NCBI RefSeq assembly: GCF_963921235.1
Contig: NC_086109.1
Coordinates: 27,902,001-27,966,000, forward strand
Length of the DNA: 64,000 nt
Source: Mobula hypostoma
Taxonomy: Eukaryota
Direction: 5' to 3'
The notes below the pieces were generated by a model, which did not search any database, was not told the origin of the DNA, and saw nothing but the letters and a program-made list of their open reading frames with translations. Shown here piece by piece: positions 1 to 13,300 of this stretch. A program made the position numbers and the translations under genes. Within the stretch, counting starts at the first letter, position 1, and each line of letters begins with the position of its first letter.

Positions 1-1173
1 AATCGCTGTAGCAGAAAGGAAAGAGAAAAAGAGAGACAGGGGTATAATACAAGTCTAAAAGATATAAGGAAGAAGGAGACCCAAGGAACAGTTGATGTAT
101 AACACAGGAATTATCTCCTTTTTAATCATCCTATTATTGAATGAATACAGATGCTATTTAAGGGAGCTTTGTTGTGGCAAGTCATCTCCTCCTACCCTGA
201 CAATAAAAGTACTTAATGGTCTTAAGCCACAATAAGACTCAAGTAGATCAACATAAAATACTTTCCAACAAACCGAAGCAACATTTACAAATGTGCATTT
301 ACAAGCCCACAGCCAACCCTATAGCCTAATCTTTTAATCTCGTCTTTAGCTACAAGGGTTTCAAAAGAGAAGATTGGTTGTTCTAGCAAAACACTAAAAC
401 ATGTCAATTTATGATAACTGTTCATGGTGTAACCCAATAAGAGATTCTTAAACTCTTCTTACTTCTAATGATTGTTGAAGAGGACTTTGGGATAGCACAA
501 AACAGTGCTGTGAGCAACATCTAGTCAATATTCATGAAAGCAAGGATAGCTGGCATATCTGCTTGATCCCGTGGGACTGCCAGATTTACCTGATCTAACT
601 GTACACATGTTTGTGACTCCCAAGCAAAGTTGGAATTCTTACAACATTGGCACAGATGGTGGTCTCTCTCAGTACAATTACACTCTACTGATTCCAACAT
701 GGGAATGCACTTTGGCTGGGAAATCTCTCTGCTCTAATCTGTTCATTGGTACAAACCCAATGGCCCACTCATTTTGTTTGGAAGGAATTTCTGTGTCCGT
801 AGGTTACAAGGAAATTTGACTTTCGTAATGAAATCTAGTCAGTCTAAATGAGTGGATCTGATGTAGTTTAACACCTCAAAGTTAAAATGAGATTTAAAAG
901 CTGAAGGAATTACTGCTTCAATCTTAACAAGCCAGAAATCCAAAATCAATAAGTTTAATTCAATAAAATTGAATCGTAACAGGTTAAAAAAAGGATTAAT
1001 TTCTAGATATAATTTTAAAATATACTACAAATGATTGGAAAACTATCCTGAACTGAGCATTTGCTCACATTCTGATGATACTTTCCCTAACCAAAAAAAA
1101 ACAAATGTGTCCTTTCCTGGCAAAAAGGAACTTCAATTGACTCTTGTAAATTACCTAAAGATTAACGCCATAC

Positions 1174-1373
1174 CTGGAAGCAGTGAAAATCCTGCTGGAG
1201 TTTGTGCAGATGGCGTTAATGGGATTGTCGTGGCCTCTGATCTCTCCCAGTGGTGTAAAGTTGTCTATGTTCCAGACTTTAAGCATTCCCCCTCGGCAAC
1301 CACTCAGCAACAGATCGCGGCCGGGTACGAACGCCAGAGCACATACCCAATCTTTGTGTGCATTAGGAATTTG
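1174..1373 (-). CDS. KIF21B: KIF21B WD40 exon [66 protein letters not shown]
   Basis: 200 nt, AG/GT; probably the penultimate coding exon. Confidence 0.95.
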
Positions 1374-4300
1374 CTACATAAAATAAAAATATGAATATTA
1401 TGTGGAAATATAGTGAAGCATTATCCATTATCATCACAATTTCTTGAGAAGTACTTACTTTAAATAGACTTTTGACCATTTATTGTTCAATTCATAACAA
1501 TGCTATTTGTAATTAATATACTTTAATGGAAATCAAGCTTGTATTTTAAAAAACAGCACAAGTCTTGATGTAAACAAAATGGTAGTTTTTGTGATGGGGA
1601 CATGTTTTGCTGTGTTTGTCTCCAATAGACATCTCACTGGTAGCCTTCAAAATATCTGTCCAGAAAATGCATCCACATAGGAATAAACCACTCATCCTTG
1701 TGAGCCTATTAATCACGGAGGGAAAACTATGTGAATTATTTACTTTTTCCAATCAGTATTATATGGTAGAAATGATTGAAAGCTCTCAATAGATGCAGGT
1801 ACTACTACTGACAAAAAAATCAAGATGAGTTAGTTCAACAGCAAATGTGAGCAAATGAAAATCAAGTCATGAAGATGCTTTGCCTAGCTATAATTAACAA
1901 AAACATTTTTAAAATTATTTTTATAAAAAGACAAAATTGATTATAAAGCTATTCTGATGGCTTCTGTTCATCTGCATACCTGTATTAGTTCTTGTCCTTC
2001 CAAGTCCCATTTTTTAATTCCATTGTCTCTAGATCCACTAAATAGAATATTCCCATGGATTCCCAGGGATTCAATTCCATCATAGTGTGGAGGCTCAAAG
2101 TTGTGTGTGGGACTAACATTTCCCAGAGTACTTTCAGCAATTTCAAACTTCTGTAGAGCAAATAAATAGTTGTTAATATGTGAAAATCTAAACATAGTCT
2201 GAGGTAATTTTTTTAAAAAAGTTTATGCAAACAAAACTATGAAAGTATATCAGAGTAGAAATTCTTCAGTTTGTGCTATCAAGTCCTAAGGAGTGTGCAG
2301 AGGAAAACAGAAGTGTACCACTACAATTTGAAACAGAATCACATGGCACAGTTATCTTGCTCACATGACACCCAGGTGGTGTTTTATGCAACTGAACTGA
2401 CAAATTCCAGTCTTTCGGTCTGGCAAATCCCATTAACGTTGCATGCAAGACTTTCTGTGAACTTCCGGGGCAATAATATCCACAGTGAAGATGGCTGGGA
2501 GATCATGGCAGGAAGCGCACATCAGGTTCACAGCTGGGCAGCATCAAGAACAATTTCGGAAACACCTTGCGTCTTCTGTGTTTCTCCAGATTCCAGCAAC
2601 AGCAGTCTCTTGTAGAAGATAAGGCATTCTTCCCCAGTCTGGCTCCTTCGTGATTCCAGCACACCAATGCACCTTACTCTTATGTCCCTCTTTATTTCAG
2701 GGACAGTTAGGGATAGGTAGCATTCTGTTCATGTTCAAACTTCAAAGTAAACTTATTATCACAGTATACATGTTCATATACTACCCTGAGATTCATTTTC
2801 TTGGAAGCATTTACAGGAAAAAAAAGAAATACAATAGAAATTCATGAAAAAGTATAAATAATGTATGACAAACAACCATTGTGCAAATACTGTGTACAAG
2901 AGTTGTAAAGAATCCTTGAAAAAGAGTCTGTAGTTTATAGAATCCACTCAGATTCGTGGTAATTGAAGTTATCCACACTGGTCTGCAGTCTGATGGTTGC
3001 TGGGTTATAACTATTCCTTAACCTGGTGGTGTGGGATGCAAGGCTCCTGTAGCTGCTTCCCAGTGGTAGTAGTGAGAAGAGGATGTGACCTGGATGGTGA
3101 GGATGGCTTTGTTGTGGTACTGCTCCATGTAAATGCACTCAATAGTGGAGAAGACTTTGCCTGTGATAGACTGGGCGATATCCATCACTTTCTGTAGCCT
3201 TTTACATTCCTGGACATTGGTGTTTCCATAGCAGGCCATGATGCAACCAGATAGGATACTCTCCACTGTACATCTATAGAAGTTTGTCAAAGTCTGTGGT
3301 GACATGTCAAATCTATGCAAACTTCTACAGTAGAGGTGCTGTCATGTTTTCTTTATGATATTGTGCTGTTGTGTTTTGTACTGGTCTAAACATCATGAAG
3401 GATTGCTTTAGGAAACTGGCAGAAATAGAGGAAAAGTTGAATTTTGTATAAAAGATTATTACCTTCACATAATGATCTTTGGATCCAGTGATGACCAAGT
3501 CGTGTTTTGTCGCCGTGCTCTCCACAGTGAGGCACATTACAGGACCAATGTGACCCATCAGTTTTCCAACAGGCTGAATTCTATAAGGGTCAGATAGACA
3601 GAAATTAATACTTGCCTTAGAATGTACAGTGCATGAAAGAAAATGGTTCCTTCTACCCAAAGAAAATGCAGTTTTTAAAGAACCCCAGCTGATACCACAT
3701 CAAGGCCAAAGTAAAAATTTCTTTCTTAAAAATAAGCCAAATCCATTGAGATTATGACATTATTACGTTTATTTCTTAGATAATGCCCGCATAGGCAAGG
3801 ATGGCATTTACTGACCATCCCAAGCTGTCCCTAAAAATCTGCTGAACCAGCTTCTTTAGTAGTAACTGAGCACTTAATAAGGTTCTCCCATTCGGCCAAA
3901 GTTGTGATAAATAGATTAGAAAGAACAATAATGTCCATGGTGAGGCTTGGGAAAGCACCTGTGCATACAGTATATGCATTTGATTGCACTTGCTGCCTGT
4001 GCCTTTTCAGGCGGTGAAAACTGAAGACTTTAGAAGTACTGCAAAGAAGCCTTTGCATATTGCTGCCACATTTGTAGTTTTTTTTTTGCTATCACTGCTT
4101 CCCCTATTTAGCAAGTTGGTCGAATGCTATTGCACTACTCAAGTACCTTGGAGGTAGTGTAATAGCTATGGAAAGTCAGGAGGGGAGTATGGCATAAAAT
4201 TTAAAAGAACATAACCTATCTCATAATGAATACTCTACAACCCTAACCCTAAAGAAAACTTATTCAATAATAAAGAACCAAGTACATCAGCTGCATAGTT

Positions 4301-7300
4301 TTTAAGATTTATCAAGCCAATTAAAAATGCTGAATGAAAGTTAAACTTATTTCCATGAAAACTAAAGTAGTATGCTCAGGGAAAGTGCCTTACTTCTTCA
4401 GGTCCCAGATCCGAACAGAGTTGCCAGTTGCAGCATAGAGGAGTGTGCCAGTGGGATTCAGGGCAATCTGATTTATCTGATGCTCGCCTTGTGCAATACT
4501 CACAGTGCGGCTGGCTGTACTGGCGCAAGCATCACCTGAAATTACCTGACCAGAGGAACTGTTCACAGAGAAAAAAAAACCTTCGGTTACTATTCCTCAG
4601 ACTGCTACATATTACTATGACACATCTTGTTTTATACAGCCTTATGGATATCAAGAAGTGACTTGCTTCCTGCAGAATGATCACCAATATCCCATGTGTC
4701 AGTGTTTCATGAGCTGTTGATAATTGATTCCATTAGCTTCAGGTCATGGAATTGAAGAGCCAAGCTTCATAATTGCAAAAGGCATGTGCAGATGCAAGGT
4801 TAGCACAAGACAAGGGAAAGTGTGGGAAATAGGTTGGATCTAGCCTAATAAGCATTTTGATTGTTGTCTTTTGATGTGCTATTATAGAGGAAAATTTGGG
4901 GATCTATCATGTTTTGTTTGTTTCTCCCCAAGGGACCCAGGAAGCTAACCAGCCAACACTGTGGCCACAGAAATCTAATGGACTGTCATTTTTGTCATAA
5001 AACTCAATAATACATACAAACGTTTGTAGATATTCAACTTACGTGAAAACTTTCTGTGATGGAGAACACTTGGTAAGCCCAATCCTTACACATGCCATTC
5101 ACTCACACACATATTTTGCTGTTGTTGCACTGAGTGTATGCGCTTCATTGTCTTTCCTGATACATCCTCAGAATGGATCTTATACTGAGCTGATGTGCTC
5201 CGGTTGGCTTTATGGTGCCTTTCCTCCGATACATGGCAGAATATTCCTTTTCGTCAGTAATGGGGGATGTGTAAATGTGTATATGTTACAAACACGAGAA
5301 AATTGAAGATGCTAGAAATCCGAAGCAAGACACACACAAAATGCCAGAGGGACTCAGCAGGCCAGGCAGCATCTATGAAAAAAAAGTTGACGTTTCCAGT
5401 CGAGACTCTTCATCAGGACACCTGATGAAGGGCCTTTTCCATAGATGCTGCCGGACCTGCTGAGTTCCTCCAGCATTTTGTATGTGTATATGTTGTTTGT
5501 ATACTGTATTTAAGGTAGATACTTCTGATTATTTTGCAGCAAGATAGCAACTACATTGTGGAGTCCATCATATTCTAATTCATGTGTAGTTGTGCTAACT
5601 TTGTGGATAATTTAAGATGGTGTGTCCTTGTGTCTAATAAATTGGGCTTTTCACTTTCTGTAAGGGAGAGAGAGGGGCCCAGAAGTTTACACTGGACAAG
5701 AATATAAGCCTGGAGCTATTTTGCGTTTTCTGGTAGATATCGTCTTGAAAATGTTGCCAGTTTTTTCCCGCTATTTTCACTAATTTTTGTAAGTTCTACT
5801 TTTGATGTACCATTAAACCCCCCCTTGCACTAAAGTGCTAAGCAACCCCACGTATCTAACAAATTTTCTTGTGATCTTTCCACTTCAAACTGACAATGGG
5901 ATTAAAAATTGAACACTTTTCATTAATTTGCTACATGTCACACCTGGAGAGTAATATGGCCCGGACGAAAGGAGCAAAAAACAAGCAGCTCATAGGATGG
6001 GGGAAGAGTCAGAACGAGCTTCTTGTTGGATTTGGAGTAGGCGAGAGGAGGGGAGCTGGAAGCCAGGAGCAGACGGGCAGTGATTTGGCCACCACTGCCG
6101 GCCCACCAACTGGAGAGTGTCGTGGTTAAGCGTCGAAACACCCGGTGAAGGTTAGGAACCACCTGATGACATCTGCTCCTGGCTGAAGGCTACGGTTACC
6201 TTATAAGGTAACTGGAGAATGCACCCTAACAGGTGTATGTAATAAGTAAATAAAATTCTGAACATTTGTCTCATATTTCAGTTGGATTTCAGTTAGAAAC
6301 CAACAGCTTTTGATTTCCAATTGAAACCAATCTGAGATAAGACCATCTCCTTGGGTCAGATTGCACTGACAACTACCTTTCCGTGAGCAATTCTTTGGAA
6401 CAACACCAACTAGTCAGAATTCATGAGTGGATTCTGCATTTCTGCAACTGTACACTTGGATGAGTGCAAATGGGTGCTTGATGATGTGGAATTGCTACAC
6501 TGAATGGTTTGTTTCCATGCTGTATGACTCTATGACTCTCACCAATAGGTGAATATTCATTCACCTGCAGTCTTCAAACTCAGCACATTGTTACTTTAAT
6601 GGATTTTTAAATGCATGTAATTGAGTGGTTCTGGGAGTCAACAGTAACAACAATAAATACCCCTCCATTTACCATACTAGTGAGCAACTCCAAAAATGCA
6701 ACAAAGTTAAATTGACATGTCTTAGCCTTCAGAATTTAACATCATAAGCACAAAACACTCTGCAGATGCTGGGGTCAAAGCAACACGCACAACATGCTGG
6801 AAGAACTCAGCAGGTCGGGCAGCATCCGTGGAAACGAACAGTCAACATTTCGGGCCGAGACCCAACTTGTATTTGCATATAAAAATAAGATCTAACTTAC
6901 CCATGATGAACGTTAAACTAACTTGTATGGAGTTCCTGCTTTTTTGATTCTTCTCTTAAATGGCAGTTTGACATGTATAATCTTCCAATGGAAAGAATAT
7001 AATTCCTTGTCTCACTTTTCTTATAACTTTACTGGTGAGTCCAAAGTTTAGTTAGCCTCAACTGAATACATATGCAGCAAATGGATTTCTATTACAGTAG
7101 ACCAAAGAATGGAGGAAAGCCTTACGTTAGTGTCCTGATGCACTTGGGAGTGTCTCGGATATCCCACACTTTGATGTACGATGTAGAGACGGTAAACACA
7201 AGACTGGAGTAACTACAGTACTTGACAGAGACAACGTTGTTCGGATGCCCTTTCAGGGTACTGATTTCCTGTCCAGTGGCCAAATTCCACACTTTGCATG

Positions 7301-10300
7301 TCCGATCTAATAACAGAGCATAAATCTCAGCAAGCCATACAAAATTTGGAAATCTAGAAGCAATACATTTTATTAATTCAATAAGATCTAAAGCAAATTT
7401 AAATATAATTTCTCTGTTTTTAAGTTGGAAATGAAACTCATTCCTCAAGGTAGAATATAGTTCCTTGAATTTTAAATGAGATAGGTATTTATGCATTGTT
7501 AAATTATTTTGTTTTGTCTCTTGCAAATAACTTAGACACAAATATTTTGTAGAATATCTCCTCTGTTTTAATATAAGCAGGCAGTGCTATCGATCACTCA
7601 ACAGGTCACTTATCACATCACAATAGGGACATTTTACAGAAAACATCTATCTTCAATGATTGCAGCAATTATATTTAAAGTATTAAATTTTTCCACTTTG
7701 CCAATAATTATGTTTAAAAGTACATGGAAAATTCTGCTCATAATCAATTTTTGTTCATAACTGTGCCTTTTTAATCAGCTAAGGAAACACAGAATTTCAC
7801 TCATTCTCTAAACCTTCACATTTATTGCTTTGACACACTGCTGGCATGACTTGATGTCCAGCAGCATGGTAACAAACATACAAATCTTCACAATTCATCG
7901 CACACTGGTTTCTCAATTTCAGCCAAGCTGTCTACAACAGGTCACAATGAACTGAAAATGAACACTAATCTGCATGGCTCACAGCTGGTTAACAGAGTGA
8001 TCTTGGCACAGCTCTTGATCCATCATATATGGCATGACAGAGTAGAAAGCAAGAAACAGAGACAACATTGTTTTCATTTTATCTGCTAACCGCATGACTT
8101 GTCTAAGTGATAATGCAATTTCTCAACTGAAAGTAGCTAAAACTCGATGCCATGTTTACAATTGAATGTGAAAGTGTCCAAATATTTACAAACTGAATCA
8201 ACATCCTAAGTATTTTCAATAACGTATCATAAAAATAAATTAACTGTGTTTTTTCCAATTTTCACTAATTTTACAAGAAACTTTCACACATGGCCTGTCT
8301 AATCAAGAGTCACAGCATTAATGAACTAATTTTAAAGAGAGATAATTCTTGGTGGATGAACCAATCAAGGTGATTTTATTGCAAACATCAGAAAATCTGC
8401 AGATGCTGGAAATCCAAGGCAACACACAAAAAATGTTGGAGAAATTCAGCACGTCAGGCAGCATCTATGGAAAAGAGTAAATAGTTAACATTTCGGGCGG
8501 GGACCCTTCATCAGGACTGGAAAGGAAGAGTAGAAGTCTGAGTAGGAAGGTGATTTTATGCTAGTTTGAAGTATCGATTGTGGTGCGGAAAAACAAATGT
8601 ACTTCAAATCTGGAAAATGGAGTAACTTGGTAAGTTAGACAAACATTAAAAATTTATGTTCAGTTAAACGGATTGAACGCGTACAAGATAATGTAGGAAA
8701 TAAGAGTCCAATAATCAGCGAGAGAGTTACAATGTGGTTTACTCATTCACATTGGAACAAAAATTTTAAATGGTCAAAAAAACTTAAGTATTTGTTATTA
8801 ACAACATACATTGCTGCTTTCTGTGGGAGATGGGAGGAAAATTAAATATTTTTTCCTTCAAATTAGGATCAACAGCATTAACTAGGAGTTCCCAACCAAT
8901 ACCATTAAGCAAGGGGTCCATGGATTGACAACCCCTGTATTAAACAAACATGATACATAGAACATTTCCTCCTGAATTCCAGCATCGGAATGAGGTGTTC
9001 TCATCAGCAGAAATTTCTTTCACCTGAATTTCAGAAGGGAAACTGACTTATGTTAATGAGGACAATTCACTTTTACAATCCTGCTGTAACTTGTCGAGCA
9101 ATTTGTCGGATTTACTGTTGATCTGTCAATTTACTGAGATAACCCAGGTTCGTCTTAAATTGGTTCCTTCTACACAGCAGACAATGAAGCTTATTATTCA
9201 ATGTAAACTAATGGGTCTCATTGCAGATCTAAAAAGTAACTTTTAATATCAGTCTTTGTTTTCCCCTCTCTCCATCAAATGGTACCTTTTGAGCCGGTGA
9301 ATAGCAGGTCATCAGTTGCATCCAGACACAGCACAGGTTTAGAGTGCCCTTCAGCAACTGAAATGCATTGGAGTGGGGCAGTCCTGGCACTCTTGGCACC
9401 ACCAACTGGATTAATAACACCCCTGAAGAAAGAACAGATAATGGGTCAATAAACTCTTTTGATCTTGAGTGTTCTTCTCAAGGCAGTGAATAATTTATTT
9501 GGAATAGCTTATATTGTATATTAAAAGCAACTCTCGTGTTACTTCCACCTTCTAATATGAATATGTATCACTTAATCAATTACCAATATTCTACTAAAGA
9601 GTGACTTACAACATTTAATGGAAATTGGTACAAAATACAGACCATTTATCACGAGTAAATGGTGATACATTTCCATGCACTAGATACATAACAATTAAAT
9701 ATGCATTTTGTATTAAAATATTGTAAAAGAAAATATTGGATTTTCTAAAAAGCAAACACTTTTGCCAGATGATAAAAATCATGCAACACCAAACCACTTT
9801 CATGCAATATCATCAATTTCCATTAATACAGCAGTTTGATAACCAAACCAAAGTATTGTACCAATAATGAAGGTTCACTCAGGCACTGAGCAGCTTTCAC
9901 ATGATGTCAATGAATATTGTTAATTTATGGACAGTTAGATTACACTATATCCCCCAAACCCTCGAGATCTCCACCAGAAAGTCAGACAAAAACATCAAGG
10001 TTATACAGTGCAGTGAGACCAGGATGCCATTCAGATTGGAGTTGGGAAGTAATCAATTACATTTGTACCACACAGATTTCACACATTGTTGATCTCCAAC
10101 AAGAGAATGCTTGCTTTAGATTTGATATCATTAACACCAACATTCTAGGAACTACTACTGGACAGAAACTCAATTAGACACCTAACAAAGGATAGATATT
10201 CTGTCACGAATGACATATGTCTTGATTGTTAAAAGGCTCCAACTACATAATTCAGGAGTGTGATAGAATATTGTCCACTTGTTTGGACCGAGACAGCTTC

Positions 10301-13300
10301 AGCAATAGTTTAACACTTCAATAAGGTATATTTCAAATCAATCTGCTTTAGTTCCATCTACCCTCAAATGTTGACTTCTAAGCTCCCTTGTTTTGTGCCT
10401 GCACTGTCTGCTACCTTAACGGTATTGTTCAGTTTAGTCAATTACCCATCTCAAAACCACAGACCTCAATTATCCAGAATTAGGGTTTCCCAACCTTTTT
10501 AATGCCATGGACCAATACCATTAAGCAATGGTTCTGTGAACCCCAGTTTGGGAACTCCTGGTCTAGAAGGATAAGGGATACCAAAGAATACCACTTCCAG
10601 CATCCCAGACAAATAAAAGACAATCAAGACTCTGACATGACACTTAGGTAAAAGTTTTTTTAAACTTTCATTGTTTTAGAGATAAAAATCCCATGATAAT
10701 AAATCATTGTGAGGTATAAATAATGTGAAATGAAGGAATTTTTTTGTTGTAATTATTTAAGTGCACTATTAAACAATTATATACTGAACAGCTGAGGAAA
10801 ACTGCTGATTTTGTGAGACACTTCTGTGAATGGGAAGGGATGCTGCACCCAAGAGGCTTGCCTTGGTTAGCCCAGGATACACAGCTCTTTATCAGAAGAA
10901 CTTCCTTTTAACTAGAAAATAATTATTTGTGCGTACAGTGAATATAAAATAGTTAATCAAGGTGAACAAATCAACCACTCAGAATTTTTAAAAACAGCTT
11001 ATTTTAAATGACATTCAGCATTTTAATGTGCAGCCTGTTGCTTTTGCATGATTTGTTTATATGGAAGCTGCTTCAAAATATGATATTTGATTCAATACAT
11101 AAAATAAGTAGATCTATACATTATTTGAACTACAGCATTAGCTTTTAAATCCTTACCTCCATTTTGACCTTGAAATTTTGTCATTAACCTGATATGTAAA
11201 TCCCCACAAAACCAAAACTTTATTTCATTACCCGGTTATTCAAACCTTTTCCCCAGAACATGACATTCTACTGTTCATACAGATTAATCCAGTGAGAAGT
11301 TACCAACACCAAGTGATCCGACATGAAATAGAACTACTGGTTTGCCTGGATGCATGTGTAAATCAAATGTGTAGAAGTACTGACTCAGACAATGAAAACT
11401 GCATGCAAATAAACCCAATTTAAAAAAAAGACAGAGAAATTAAACCACCTTTACGTTAAAGTGCTCCATTAAAAATTAGAAACTAATCAGCAACCAACCC
11501 ACTAACATGAGGAACTGTGTTGGTTTTGGTGTGAGATGCAGTGCCGGGCAAAGAGAACACAAACTGTACCAGACAATCACATGCAAACAGCAAAGCAATC
11601 AGCTGCATGGCGCAGTCAGACCAGAAGCAGAGGCCTGCATAATGCAAGAGGTGACAAAAGAAACTTGTACCTGGGAACCTCCGAGAGAGAGGAGTCACTG
11701 TCATCAGACCTACAAACAAAACAGCAGCAGGATTATGGGGAAGAAAGATGGAAGAGCTCTAGCATGTCGGACTGTTGAATAGAATCACTGATGAGAACAC
11801 GCAAGAGCAAAAGAGGGTAGGCCAAGTTAAGCAGTACTGAGCACCACAAAAAGAGAGCAATTCATAAGAGAGGTAACATTAAGGTTAGTTTTTTGTTGGT
11901 ATGATCCTTTTCCTCAAATTTAACAATTACATGACCTCCTGGACAAGCCATATAATACTAAGAGATGTTATATCACTTCAACTTCATAGGTTTGGATCAT
12001 GTTTTTGATATTATTGACAGATATTTATTGGTTGTAAGAGTATGTAACCCATTTAGTTCAAATAAATTAAGGTATCCATTCATTTACTGTAGAAATAAAA
12101 TTGAATTCCAAAAAGCTACATTAATTTACCACTGCTATTTTTGTTTTGAACGTGTTGAATAGGAAGATAGCTCAAATAGTGAGATGGTGGTGCCATCAAT
12201 CAATATGCAATGCACCTTCAAATGAGTCCACAGAGTTCATTTTCCCTTTGCAAGCATGACTGAATGCTTTACAAATGAGCAGTATATACTGTAGCTGTAA
12301 CAACCAGTTGTTATGTTGATAAAGGTGCATTCAAACAAAAATACATTGATAGCTGAATAATGAGAAATACTATGCATTTAAATTCTGCCCTATTAGACCA
12401 TAAAACCATAGGGCATAGGAGCAGAATTAGGCCATTTGGTCCACTGATTTTGCTCTGCTATTTGCTCAATGGCTGATTTATTTTTTCTTTCATTCTCCTG
12501 CCTTCTCCACCTAATCTTTGGTACCCTTAATAATTACAAACCTATTAACCTCTGCTCTGAATATACCCAACAACTTTCTAATGCAGAATTTGTTTTGAAA
12601 ATATTCACACTGATATAGCAAATTTGATTCTACTCACTCAGCAACCTAATGTATTCAGCTGAAGAACACTGATTTGATTCTTGCTTATAACAAATTCTGA
12701 GGGAGTTTTATCTGTGAGCTGTCCAGTCTGCCTCTAAATTTTAATTGAAATGCACTTCCAATGCAGAACAAAGAAACTACTCCAGCATCAATGCTGAATG
12801 GACAGAAGCTCTTTTATACAGAGTGCATTCAATTAACATATCACTTTGGGAGGCTGGTAGTAAAAAAAAGGAAATAATATCAGTCCTCATTTAACTGGGA
12901 TTTTAAGCTCACCAACAGACTGGTATGTCCATAGGGAAATGATAGTAACTCAAAAAATATTTCACCAATGCACACAAAATGCTGGAGCAATTCAGCAGGT
13001 CAGGCGGCATCTACGGGAAAGAATAAACAGCCCACATTTCGGATAGAGACCCATCTTGAGGACTGGAAAGGAAGGGGGAAGATGCCAGAATAAAACGGTA
13101 TGGGGTGGGGAAAGAGGCTAGCTTGAAGGTGACAGATGAAACCACATGGGTGGGAAAGGTCAAGAGCTAAAGAAGAAAGAGAGTGGCCCATAGGAGAAAG
13201 GGAAGGAGGAGGGACCTGGGGGAAGTAAAGGGCAGGTGAGAAGAAGTAAAAGTGCAGAATGGACGGTGGGGGGTGGGGGGGTGGAATTATGTTCTCCGGA

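Noticed and set aside
1..1150. Terminal KIF21B coding exon
   Set aside because: No minus-strand segment with an acceptor and a D-x-x-VK-x-W-like WD40 end was recognisable
4239..4252. aaccctaaccctaa telomere-like sequence
   Set aside because: Only about two units, expected by chance
8481..8520. Active hammerheads at other Penelope termini (5385-5419, 8481-8520, 15609-15642, 36211-36250, 48845-48878, 58408-58445)
   Set aside because: Each has core or stem-disrupting changes (for example GAAATGTT, CAAA, TTGATGA, CTAATGA or loss of GAAA)
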